From contig CAWARY010000018.1 of NCBI GenBank assembly GCA_963784645.1, positions 121,378 through 185,377 on the forward strand: a stretch of 64,000 nt of DNA, given 5' to 3'. Positions 55,138 to 63,330 of this stretch are shown here, in pieces. The notes under the pieces are model-generated. The model was not told the DNA's origin. It did not search any database and saw only the letters and a list, made by a program, of their open reading frames with translations. The position numbers and the translations under genes are program-made. The first letter of the stretch is position 1; each line of letters starts with the position of its first letter. This stretch comes from an uncultured Actinomycetota bacterium. GTDB lineage: Bacteria; Actinomycetota; Actinomycetes; JACCUZ01.

Positions 55138-56595
55138 ATGGACGACGAGAAGCGACCCGACGACGACACGGCCGACGACCCCGCCGGGGCCAGCCCGTGG
55201 TGGGCCGGGCCGGGCAGGGACGTCTGGGGCAGCCCGGAGACGGCCGGCGCGCCTGCCGACCGGCCGGGCGCGCCGACCCGCACCGTGCCGGACGAGTCGA
55301 GTCGCGACGACGAGGGCGGCGCGGACACCATCGCCGGCGGCTGGCGGGACGACGGTGCCGGGACGGAGCCACCGGCCCCGCGCGCCTGGTCGGTCTGGGA
55401 CGACCGCGACGACACCGTCGCGCAGCCGCGGCACGGCTCGTACGACGTCTGGGCGCCGACCGACAGCCTGGGCCGCGACCTGCGGCCCTCCGGCGCGCCC
55501 CGCACCCCCGTCCTCGTGGCACTGGCAGCAGTGATCGCTCTGCTCGCCGGTGGGGTGGGCGGTGGCGTGGGCTACCTGCTCGCCGACCGCTCCGGCGGCT
55601 CCCGCACGATCGACGGGGCCAGCCTCGGCTCGGCGCCTGCCAAGGACGTCCAGCGCCCTGCCGGCAGCATCCCCGGCATCGCCGCCAAGGTGCTGCCGAG
55701 CGTGGTCCAGATCAAGGTCCGGACCTCGCAGGGGCAGGCCACCGGCTCCGGCTTCGTCGTCGACGAGAACGGGATCGTCGTCACCAACAACCACGTCGTG
55801 GCAGACGCCCAGGGACCGGTCGAGCTCACCTTCAGCGACGGCACCACCACCGACGCCGAGGTCGTCGGCACGTCGGCCTCGTACGACCTGGCCGCGCTGC
55901 GGCTGGACGCCAAGAACCTCCCCGCGCTCCCGCTGGGCAACTCGGACAGCGTCGTCGTCGGCGACACGGTCATCGCGATCGGCTCACCGCTCGGCCTGTC
56001 TGGCACGGTCACCAGCGGCATCATCTCCGCGAAGAACCGGCCGGTGACCGCCGGCGCCGAGAACGGCTCCGGCGACAGCGCCTACATCAACGCGATCCAG
56101 ACCGACGCGGCCATCAACCCCGGCAACTCGGGCGGCCCGCTCGTCGACATCGACGGCGAGGTGATCGGCGTCAACTCCGCGATCGCCACGGTCGGGGGCG
56201 GGACGTTCGGGCAGGAGGCCGGGAACATCGGGGTCGGCTTCGCCATCCCGATCAACCAGGTCCGCCGCACCGTCGAGCAGCTGCTCGACACGGGCAAGGC
56301 GCAGTTCCCCGTCATCGGGGCCAGCCTGGACGGGACCTACAACGGGCAAGGTGCCCGGATCGCCACCGGGTCCGCGAGCGGCAACCCGCCGCTCGTGCCG
56401 GGCGGACCCGCCGAGAAGGCCGGGGTCCAGGCCGGCGACGTCGTGGTCGCCATCGACGGGAAGTCGGTGGCCGACAGCGCCGAGCTCATCGTGGCCATCC
56501 GGTCCCGTCAGCCCGGCGACACCGTGACCCTGACCGTCCGCCGCAACGGCTCCGAGCAGGACGTCGACGTGACCCTGGACGCCAACGAGGGCTGA
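55138..56595 (+). CDS. htrA: HtrA/PepD-type trypsin-like serine protease with PDZ domain
   Basis: ATG at 55138. Long acidic cytoplasmic N-terminus, TM VLVALAAVIALLAGGVGGGVGYLL, ..GSGFVVDENGIVVTNNHVV...TDAAINPGNSGGPLV.., C-terminal PDZ ..GPAEKAGVQAGDVVVAIDGK. Confidence 0.9.
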   Translation: MDDEKRPDDDTADDPAGASPWWAGPGRDVWGSPETAGAPADRPGAPTRTVPDESSRDDEGGADTIAGGWRDDGAGTEPPAPRAWSVWDDRDDTVAQPRHGSYDVWAPTDSLGRDLRPSGAPRTPVLVALAAVIALLAGGVGGGVGYLLADRSGGSRTIDGASLGSAPAKDVQRPAGSIPGIAAKVLPSVVQIKVRTSQGQATGSGFVVDENGIVVTNNHVVADAQGPVELTFSDGTTTDAEVVGTSASYDLAALRLDAKNLPALPLGNSDSVVVGDTVIAIGSPLGLSGTVTSGIISAKNRPVTAGAENGSGDSAYINAIQTDAAINPGNSGGPLVDIDGEVIGVNSAIATVGGGTFGQEAGNIGVGFAIPINQVRRTVEQLLDTGKAQFPVIGASLDGTYNGQGARIATGSASGNPPLVPGGPAEKAGVQAGDVVVAIDGKSVADSAELIVAIRSRQPGDTVTLTVRRNGSEQDVDVTLDANEG

Positions 56596-56654
56596 GTCGG
56601 GTCGACCGGGGCCATCTCGGCGCGGGCGCGTCCACGGGGTGAGAGGATCGAGAG

Positions 56655-57026
56655 GTGCCCTTCGACATCGGCCTGGGCGAGCTCATCGGCATCGCGATCG
56701 TCGCGTTGATCGTGCTGGGCCCGGAGAAGCTGCCGCGCTACGCCGCGGACGCCGCCAAGATGCTGCGCACCGTCCGGAAGATGGCCACCGACGCACGTGC
56801 CGAGGTGACCAAGGAGCTCGGCCCGGAGCTGTCGTCCCTGGGCGACCTCAACCCGCGCGGCCTGGTGCGCAAGCACCTGCTCGAGCCGATGGATCTCGAC
56901 GACCTCGACGACATCGGCAGGTCGGGCACCAAGCCGGCCGACGGCCGGGGCCCCGGCCGCGCGGTCGGCTCCACCGGCACCGACGGACCGGCCCCCGCCC
57001 CGCGCTACGACGAGGACGTCACCTAG
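56655..57026 (+). CDS. tatB: Twin-arginine translocase subunit TatB
   Basis: GTG start. MPFDIGLGELIGIAIVALIVLGPEKLPRYAADAAKMLR. Confidence 0.85.
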   Translation: MPFDIGLGELIGIAIVALIVLGPEKLPRYAADAAKMLRTVRKMATDARAEVTKELGPELSSLGDLNPRGLVRKHLLEPMDLDDLDDIGRSGTKPADGRGPGRAVGSTGTDGPAPAPRYDEDVT

Positions 57027-57065
57027 CCGCTCCGGCGGCGCCCGCTCGTGTGCGTGGTCCTCGGA

Positions 57066-57160
57066 GCGAAGTGGCCCCGCTGCGCGACCGCCTTTCGGCC
57101 GGTTGGCGGGGCCACTTCGCTCTGGACCGGACGGACCGGACGGACCGCTCCGGGCCGGAC
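57066..57160. repeat. Dispersed copy of the GCGAAGTGGCCCCGC hairpin (family 2) followed by a GGACCGGAC-type short tandem repeat
   Basis: GCGAAGTGGCCCCGC (57066-57080) and GCGGGGCCACTTCGC (57106-57120) form a perfect 15-bp stem with the same arms as the three hairpins at 17278-17712. GGACCGGACGGACCGGACGGACCG follows. Confidence 0.8.
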
Positions 57161-57173
57161 GGTCTCGACCGGG

Positions 57174-58331
57174 CTAGCGCCCGGCGGGGGAGAGCCCGAG
57201 CGAGCGGCCGGCCAGGCCGCGGGCGCGGTGGCCGAGGGAGCGGGCGACCTTCATCAGCTCCTGCGCGGCGGGGGTGTCCGGGTCGGTGAGCACCAGCGGC
57301 CGGCCGGAGTCGCCGCTCTCGCGCAGCCGGGTGTCGAGGGGGATCTGGCCCAGCAGCGGGACCGGGGCGCCGACCGCGCGCGTGAGGCCGTCGGCGACCG
57401 CCTGGCCGCCGCCGCTGCCGAACACGTCGATCCGCTCGTCGCAGTGCGGGCAGGGCAGCCAGGACATGTTCTCGACGACGCCGGCGATCTGCTGGTGGGT
57501 CTGCAGGGCGATGGTGCCGGCCCGCTCGGCCACCTCGGCGGCCGCCTGCTGCGGCGTGGTGACGACCAGCAGCTCGGCCGGCGGCACGAGCTGGGCCACC
57601 GAGATCGCGATGTCGCCGGTGCCGGGTGGGAGGTCCATGAGCAGGACGTCGAGGTCGCCCCAGTAGACGTCGGCGAGGAACTGCTGCAGCGCCCGGTGCA
57701 GCATCGGGCCGCGCCACACGACGGGCTGGTTGTTGGCGACGAACATCCCGATCGAGATGACCTTCACGTCGTGGGCGACCGGCGGCAGGATCATGTCCTC
57801 GACCTGGGTCGGACGGCCCTCGACGCCGAGCATGCGGGGCACCGAGTGGCCGTAGATGTCCGCATCGACGACGCCGACGGCCAGGCCGTCGCGGGCCATC
57901 GCGGCCGCGAGGTTGACCGTCACGGACGACTTGCCCACCCCGCCCTTGCCGGACGCGACGGCGTAGACCCGGGTGAGCGATCCGGGGCGGGCGAACGGGA
58001 TCTCGCGCTCGGCCTGGCCGGAGTCCGAGCGCAGGCGGCCCTGGAGCTCCTGGCGCTGGGTGGCGGACATGACGTCGAGGTCGACCGTGACCCCGGTGAC
58101 GCCCTCGACCTGGGAGACCGCCGCGGTCACGTTCTTGGTGATCGTGTCCTTCATCGGGCAGCCCGCGACGGTGAGGAAGACAGCCACCACGACGTGCCCG
58201 GCCGGGTCGATGTCCACCGACTTCACCATGCCGAGCTCCGTGATGGGCTTGCGGATCTCGGGGTCGTCGACGGTCGCCAGGGCGGCCTGGATCGCGTCTG
58301 CGGTGGGGCTGGTCACGGAGGGGGCGGACAT
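57174..58331 (-). CDS. mrp: Mrp/ApbC-type Fe-S cluster carrier ATPase
   Basis: 385 aa. N-terminal DUF59-like ..DPEIRKPITELGMVK.., P-loop ASGKGGVGKSSVTVNLA, CPHC motif. Confidence 0.9.
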   Translation of the reverse strand: MSAPSVTSPTADAIQAALATVDDPEIRKPITELGMVKSVDIDPAGHVVVAVFLTVAGCPMKDTITKNVTAAVSQVEGVTGVTVDLDVMSATQRQELQGRLRSDSGQAEREIPFARPGSLTRVYAVASGKGGVGKSSVTVNLAAAMARDGLAVGVVDADIYGHSVPRMLGVEGRPTQVEDMILPPVAHDVKVISIGMFVANNQPVVWRGPMLHRALQQFLADVYWGDLDVLLMDLPPGTGDIAISVAQLVPPAELLVVTTPQQAAAEVAERAGTIALQTHQQIAGVVENMSWLPCPHCDERIDVFGSGGGQAVADGLTRAVGAPVPLLGQIPLDTRLRESGDSGRPLVLTDPDTPAAQELMKVARSLGHRARGLAGRSLGLSPAGR

Positions 58332-58398
58332 GGCTCCGATGCTACGTGCCGTGGGACGGCCCTCCCGCCCGCGGCCCGGGGCGCCGTACGATCACGAC

Positions 58399-58920
58399 AT
58401 GCCACGGTCGGGGGACCTGAGCGAGCCGCAGCTGCTCGCGTGGCGCCGCTTCCTGCGTGCGCACGCTCTCGTCACCCGTCGCCTCGAGCACGACCTGCTC
58501 ACCGAGCAGCGGCTGCCACTGGCGTCCTACGACGTGCTGGTGCAGCTGGTGGAGGCGCCGGACCGCAGGCTGCGGATGTCCGGGCTCGCCGAGCGGGTGC
58601 TGCTCTCGCGCAGCGGCCTGACCCGGCTGGTCGACCGCCTCGAGCGGGAGGGACTGGTCCGGCGCGAGGCCTGCGACGAGGACGCCCGCGGGCTGTTCAC
58701 GGTCCTGACCGACACCGGTCTGGAGCGGCTGCGCGAGGCCAGCCCCGTGCACCTGCGGGGGGTCGCGGAGCACGCGATGGGCCGGCTCGACGACGAGGAG
58801 GCCGCTGCGCTGGCCGGGCTGCTCGAGAAGCTGGTCGACCAGGACGTCGAGCCGCTGGTCGACCTGCGGCCCAGCGACGCCGGCGCCGGCAGCGCCGTCG
58901 GCGTCAGTCCCGCGGGCTGA
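58399..58920 (+). CDS. MarR-family transcriptional regulator
   Basis: ATG at 58399. ..SYDVLVQLVEAPDRRLRMSGLAERVLLSRSGLTRLVDRLEREGLVRREACDEDARGLFTVLTDTG. Confidence 0.85.
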   Translation: MPRSGDLSEPQLLAWRRFLRAHALVTRRLEHDLLTEQRLPLASYDVLVQLVEAPDRRLRMSGLAERVLLSRSGLTRLVDRLEREGLVRREACDEDARGLFTVLTDTGLERLREASPVHLRGVAEHAMGRLDDEEAAALAGLLEKLVDQDVEPLVDLRPSDAGAGSAVGVSPAG

Positions 58921-60673
58921 CCCGCAGCACCTCGTCGAAGGTCGTCTCGCCGGACAGGGCCTTGGCCACCGCGGCGTCCTTGATGGTCGCCATGCCGGCG
59001 GCGGCGTCCGCGAGGGCGTGCTCGGTGGGGGTCCGCAGGAGCACCTGGCGCATGGCGGCGTCGATCTCGAGGACCTCGAAGACGCCGGTGCGCCCGCGGT
59101 AGCCGGTACGGCCGCACTCGACGCAGCCCGCGCCCCGGCGTGGCGACCCGTGCTTCAGCATCGCCCGGGACACCCCCAGGGCCTGCAGCACCTCGGAGTC
59201 GGGTACGTCGGCGACGACGCACGCCGGGCAGGGCCGGCGGACCAGTCGCTGGGCGACGACGGCCGTGAGGGCGGAGCCGGCGAGGTAGGGCTCGAGGCCC
59301 ATGTCGACCAGGCGCGCGACCGACCCGACCGCACTGGTCGTGTGCAGCGTGGTGAGGACCAGGTGCCCGGTGAGGGACGCGCGCACCGCGAGCTCGGCGG
59401 TCTCCTGGTCGCGGACCTCGCCGACCAGCACGACGTCCGGGTCCTGGCGGAGAACGGCACGCAGGCCCCGGCTGAAGGTGAGCCCGCTGCGCTCGTGGAC
59501 CTGCACCTGGGTGATCCCGGGGATCTGCACCTCGACCGGGTCCTCGAGGGTGACGATGTTCAGCTCCGGCGTGTGGATCTCCTGCAGCGCGGAGTACAGC
59601 GTGCTGGTCTTGCCGCTCCCCGTGGGGCCGGTGATGAGGACGAGCCCCTGCGGCGCGGTGAGCGCCCGGCGGAGCACGGCGAGCTGGTCGACGTCCAGAC
59701 CCACCTCGTCCAGCGGCTGCAGCCGCTCGGCCCGCGCGAGCAGCCGGACCACGACCTTCTCGCCGTGCACCGAGGGCATCGTGCTGACCCGCGCGTCGAT
59801 CCGGTGGCCGTCGACGGCGATCCTCGTGCGGCCGTCCTGCGGCAGGCGCCGCTCGGCGATGTCCAGCCCGGACACGATCTTCAGCCGGCTGACGACCGAG
59901 GCGTACGCGCTGCGCGGCACGTGCATGACCTCGCGCAGGACCCCGTCCACGCGGTAGCGGATCCGCAGCTCGTCGCGCTGCGGCTCGACGTGGATGTCGC
60001 TGGCGCCGGTCCTGACGGCGTCGGCGAGGACGGTGGCCACGAGTCGCACGGTCGGCGCCGCGTGCGCGGTGGCGAGGGCGTCGTCGTCCTGGTGCCCGGG
60101 GTCGGCCTCCTCGAAGATCGTGCTCAGGTCGGAGGAGTCCTCGGACAGCGACCACACCCGGGTGAGGTGGTCGTGCACCTGCGACTCGGTCGCGACGGTG
60201 ACCACCAGCTCGGTCGCGCCGGTGTGCAGGCGGACGTCGTCGAGCGCGACGACGTCGGTCGGGTCGGCGACCGCCAGGGTGAGGCGGCTGCCCTCCCGGG
60301 AGAGGACGACCATGCCGAGCCGCTGCGAGACGCTGCGGGGCAGCAGCCGGACGGTCTCCGGCGACACGGCCACCGTCGTGAGGTCCACGACCTGCAGGTT
60401 GAGCTGCTCGCCGACCGCGACCGCGATCTGCCGGTCGGTGGCGATCCCCAGCTCGACCAGGACGTGCCCGAGGCGGCGGCGGGTACCGCTCACCGAGCGC
60501 TGGGCGTCCAGGGCGGTGCCCAGCTCGGCCGGGGTGATCACCCCGGCGTCGACCAGGACGTCGCCGAGCCGGCGCCGGGCCGTGCCGAACCAGGCGGCGT
60601 CGAGGGTGTCGTCGCCGGGATCGACGCCGTCGAGTCCGGGCTCGTCGTCAGGGCCGAGGAGCTGCTGGGTCAC
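58904..60673 (-). CDS. GspE/PilB-family secretion/pilus ATPase with N-terminal T2SSE_N (MshEN-like) domains
   Basis: 589 aa. Walker A ITGPTGSGKTSTL, Asp box, Walker B VLVGEVRD, His box LTGHLVLTTLHT, tetracysteine CPAC...C.EC. N-terminal ..LGDVLVDAGVITPAEL... and LGHVLVELGIATDRQI. Confidence 0.9.
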   Translation of the reverse strand: MTQQLLGPDDEPGLDGVDPGDDTLDAAWFGTARRRLGDVLVDAGVITPAELGTALDAQRSVSGTRRRLGHVLVELGIATDRQIAVAVGEQLNLQVVDLTTVAVSPETVRLLPRSVSQRLGMVVLSREGSRLTLAVADPTDVVALDDVRLHTGATELVVTVATESQVHDHLTRVWSLSEDSSDLSTIFEEADPGHQDDDALATAHAAPTVRLVATVLADAVRTGASDIHVEPQRDELRIRYRVDGVLREVMHVPRSAYASVVSRLKIVSGLDIAERRLPQDGRTRIAVDGHRIDARVSTMPSVHGEKVVVRLLARAERLQPLDEVGLDVDQLAVLRRALTAPQGLVLITGPTGSGKTSTLYSALQEIHTPELNIVTLEDPVEVQIPGITQVQVHERSGLTFSRGLRAVLRQDPDVVLVGEVRDQETAELAVRASLTGHLVLTTLHTTSAVGSVARLVDMGLEPYLAGSALTAVVAQRLVRRPCPACVVADVPDSEVLQALGVSRAMLKHGSPRRGAGCVECGRTGYRGRTGVFEVLEIDAAMRQVLLRTPTEHALADAAAGMATIKDAAVAKALSGETTFDEVLRVSPRD

Positions 60674-60705
60674 CCGGAGAAGATCGGGTGATCAGGCCCC
60701 GGACT

Positions 60706-61245
60706 TCAGCCCTGGGAGGGTGCGGTTCCGGCGGGTGGATCGCCCTCGGACCCCTCGTCCCGCACGCGGTCCTCGATGTCCTCGAGCAGCTGGCGCAGCT
60801 CGGAGCGCAGGAAGTCGCGGGTGGCGACGTCGCCGACGGCCATCCGGAGGGCCGCCAGCTCGCGGGTGAGGTAGTCGGTGTCGGCGATGCCACGCTCGGC
60901 CCGGCCGCGGTCCTGCTCGTACTGGACCCGGTCGCGGTCGGCCTGCCGGTTCTGCGCGAGCAGGATCAGCGGGGCGGCGTAGGACGCCTGGAGCGAGAGC
61001 ATCAGGGTCAGGGCGATGAACGGGTAGGTGTCGAACTGGAGCTGCCAGGCCACGGCGTTCCAGACCAGCCAGAACACCACGAACACGGTCATGTAGACCA
61101 GGAACCGCCCGGTCCCGATGAACCGGGCGATCCGCTCGGACAGCCGCCCGAAGGCCTCCGGGTCGTACGTCGGGGTGGGCACGATCGCCCGGCGGACCTC
61201 GCGGGGCTGGTCCAGGCGGGTGCTGCGCCGGGGCTCACGCGCCAT
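60706..61245 (-). CDS. DUF1003-family membrane protein
   Basis: ..FGRLSERIARFIGTGRFLVYMTVFVVFWLVWN......FD.YPF..LTLMLSLQASYAAPLILLAQNRQADRDR. Confidence 0.75.
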   Translation of the reverse strand: MAREPRRSTRLDQPREVRRAIVPTPTYDPEAFGRLSERIARFIGTGRFLVYMTVFVVFWLVWNAVAWQLQFDTYPFIALTLMLSLQASYAAPLILLAQNRQADRDRVQYEQDRGRAERGIADTDYLTRELAALRMAVGDVATRDFLRSELRQLLEDIEDRVRDEGSEGDPPAGTAPSQG

Positions 61246-62542
61246 GACGCACCCCGTCCTGCCCGCTCAGCCGGGCCTGGGCCCGGTCGAGGGCCCGGTC
61301 CTGGGCGTGGTCGCGGTGCCGCCAGTCGTCCGGCAGCAGGTGGTCGAGGACGTCGTCGACGGTCACCGCGCCCAGCAGGTGGTCGTCCTCGTCGACGACC
61401 GGAGCGGCGACCATGTTGTAGGTCGCCAGGTGGTGGGTGATCGCCGCGAGCGGCACCTCGGGGCGCAGCGGCTGGATCGAGGTGTCGACGACACCGCTCA
61501 CCAGGGAGGACGGGGGCTCGCGCAGCAGCCGCTGGATGTGGGCGATGCCGATGAACCGGCCGGTGGGCGTCTCCATCGGCGGGCGGCAGACGTAGACCTG
61601 CGCGGCCAGGGCGGGGGACAGCTCCGGCTGCCGGACCCGGGCCAGCGCGTCGGCGACGGTGGCGTCCGGCGGCAGGACCACCGGCTCGGTCGTCATCATG
61701 CCGCCGGCGGTGTCGTCGGAGTACGCGAGCAGGCGGCGCAGCGGGGCGGCCTCGTCGGGCTCCATCAGCTCGAGGAGCTTCTCGGCGTCGGCCTGGGACA
61801 GCTCGGACAGCAGGTCGGCTGCGTCGTCGGGCTGCATGGCCTCGAGGACGTCGGCTGCCCGCTCCTCCTCCAGCTCCCCGAGGATCTCGACCTGGTCCTC
61901 CTCCGGCAGCTCCTCGAGGACGTCGGCGAGCTTCTCGTCGTCGAGCGCGGAGGCGACCTCGAGCCGGCGCTTCGACGACAGCCCGAGCAGGACCGACGCC
62001 AGGTCGGCGGCGTTGAGCTTCTCGAAGGTGGCCAGCAGGTTGGCGGCGCCCTGACCGGTCTCCTCGACCTGCAGGCCGCCGGCGTCGCGCCACTCCAGGG
62101 TCAGGGTCTCGCCGCGGCGTCGCAGCCCCTTGCCGGGGCGGCGGACGAAGAGGCGGGTGATCTCCCAGTCGCGGGTGCGCTGCTGCTCCATGCCGACGTC
62201 CTCGACGACGGCGGCCGAGCCGTCCTCGAGCAGGGTGACGGTGCGGTCGAGCAGCTCTCCGAGGACCAGCGTCTCGGTCGGGCGCTGCTGGAAGCGGCGC
62301 ATGTTGACCAGGCCGGTGGTGATGACCTGGCCGGCGTCGATCGAGGTCACCCGGGTCATCGGGACGAAGATCCGCCGGCGGCCGGGCACCTCGACCACCA
62401 GGCCCAGGACGCGGGGCTCCTCACGGCCGATCCGCAGCGAGACGACGACGTCGCGCACCCGCCCGACCTGGTCACCCGCGGGGTCGAACAGCGGGGTACC
62501 GGCCAGGCGCGCGATGAAGACCCTCGTCGGCGCGCCGCTCAC
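61235..62542 (-). CDS. PRC-barrel - MgtE_N - CBS-pair cytoplasmic protein (magnesium-transporter MgtE-like sensor without the membrane domain)
   Basis: 435 aa. ..LSSKRRLEVASALDDEKLADVLEELPEEDQVEILGELEEERAADVLEAMQPDDAADLLSEL.. (MgtE_N). Tandem CBS ..MTTEPVVLPPDATVADAL... and ..MVAAPVVDEDDHLLGAVTVDDVLDHL. Confidence 0.8.
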   Translation of the reverse strand: MSGAPTRVFIARLAGTPLFDPAGDQVGRVRDVVVSLRIGREEPRVLGLVVEVPGRRRIFVPMTRVTSIDAGQVITTGLVNMRRFQQRPTETLVLGELLDRTVTLLEDGSAAVVEDVGMEQQRTRDWEITRLFVRRPGKGLRRRGETLTLEWRDAGGLQVEETGQGAANLLATFEKLNAADLASVLLGLSSKRRLEVASALDDEKLADVLEELPEEDQVEILGELEEERAADVLEAMQPDDAADLLSELSQADAEKLLELMEPDEAAPLRRLLAYSDDTAGGMMTTEPVVLPPDATVADALARVRQPELSPALAAQVYVCRPPMETPTGRFIGIAHIQRLLREPPSSLVSGVVDTSIQPLRPEVPLAAITHHLATYNMVAAPVVDEDDHLLGAVTVDDVLDHLLPDDWRHRDHAQDRALDRAQARLSGQDGVRHGA

Positions 62543-62601
62543 GAGCGGTCAGGCTACCGGCGCGCGGCGCCCGGCAGGCGGTGCCGGGGCCGTGCCACCG
62601 G

Positions 62602-62659
62602 AAGATCCTTTGTGCGCTGACACACCGGGCGGCCGGCGTGTCCGGTGCGTCCGCGCACA
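62602..62659. repeat. Hairpin repeat family 3, copy E
   Basis: AAGATCCTT TGTGCGCTGACACACCGG ... CCGGTGCGTCCGCGCACA. Matches the reverse complement of copy D, including the flank AAGATCCTTTGTGCGC. Confidence 0.75.
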
Positions 62660-62689
62660 TCCTGCGGGCCGCACGGGGCTGCGCCGGCG

Positions 62690-63220
62690 TCAGCGGGGCT
62701 GCCGGCGGCGGGCGCGGCGTCCGAGGACGAACGGCAGCGGTCCGCGGGTGGTGGCCGTGGAGGGCACCGGCTCGGCTGCGTGCGAGCGGTGCGACAGGTG
62801 CCCGGGGCCCTCGACCAGGCGGTCGGCCGGGTCGAGGCGCAGCACCCGCGACTCCCGGGCCCAGCGGGCCGGCTGCGCCTCGCCGTCCGGGGCGTTGAGG
62901 CGCTTGCCGTGCAGCTCGGCGACGACACGGGTCCACGCCTCGCCCTCGGGCTCGAGGTCGGACACCCGGGCGCGGAAGGTGACGACCCGCCCCCCGGTGT
63001 CCTTGCTCCGGGCGGTCACGTCGACCTCGGCGCCGTCCGGCGCGTCGGTCAGCCGCTGCTCCAGGCCGCCGGTGACGACGTGCACCGCGCCGTCCAGCCA
63101 GGCGTGCCAGACGGCCTGCGCGTGCGCGGCCCCGATCGGGCGGACCCACACCAGGGCGGACTTCTTGCAGACCTCCTCGACCACGGCCCGGGCCAGTACG
63201 GCGTCCCGGTCGGCGATCAC
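62690..63220 (-). CDS. Conserved hypothetical protein, no motif recognised
   Basis: High GC3 frame ..AVLARAVVEEVCKKSALVWVRPIGAAHAQAVWHAWLDGAVHVVTGG... Start uncertain (GTG 63220 versus upstream ATG 63343). Confidence 0.4.
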   Translation of the reverse strand: MIADRDAVLARAVVEEVCKKSALVWVRPIGAAHAQAVWHAWLDGAVHVVTGGLEQRLTDAPDGAEVDVTARSKDTGGRVVTFRARVSDLEPEGEAWTRVVAELHGKRLNAPDGEAQPARWARESRVLRLDPADRLVEGPGHLSHRSHAAEPVPSTATTRGPLPFVLGRRARRRQPR

Positions 63221-63330
63221 GACTGCGAGCGTGCCACACAGCCGGTCCGGACGGGGTGCCGCATGATGCTCCGGTGACCGGGCCGAGGGGAGAGTCGTCC
63301 AGCGCCCGCCCGGTGGACCGGCCCGCGGTG

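Noticed and set aside
57048-59102. 684-aa plus-strand ORF across the mrp locus
   Set aside because: It is antisense to Mrp/ApbC (clear P-loop and CPHC motifs) and runs in a different frame through the MarR gene. It is a shadow ORF.
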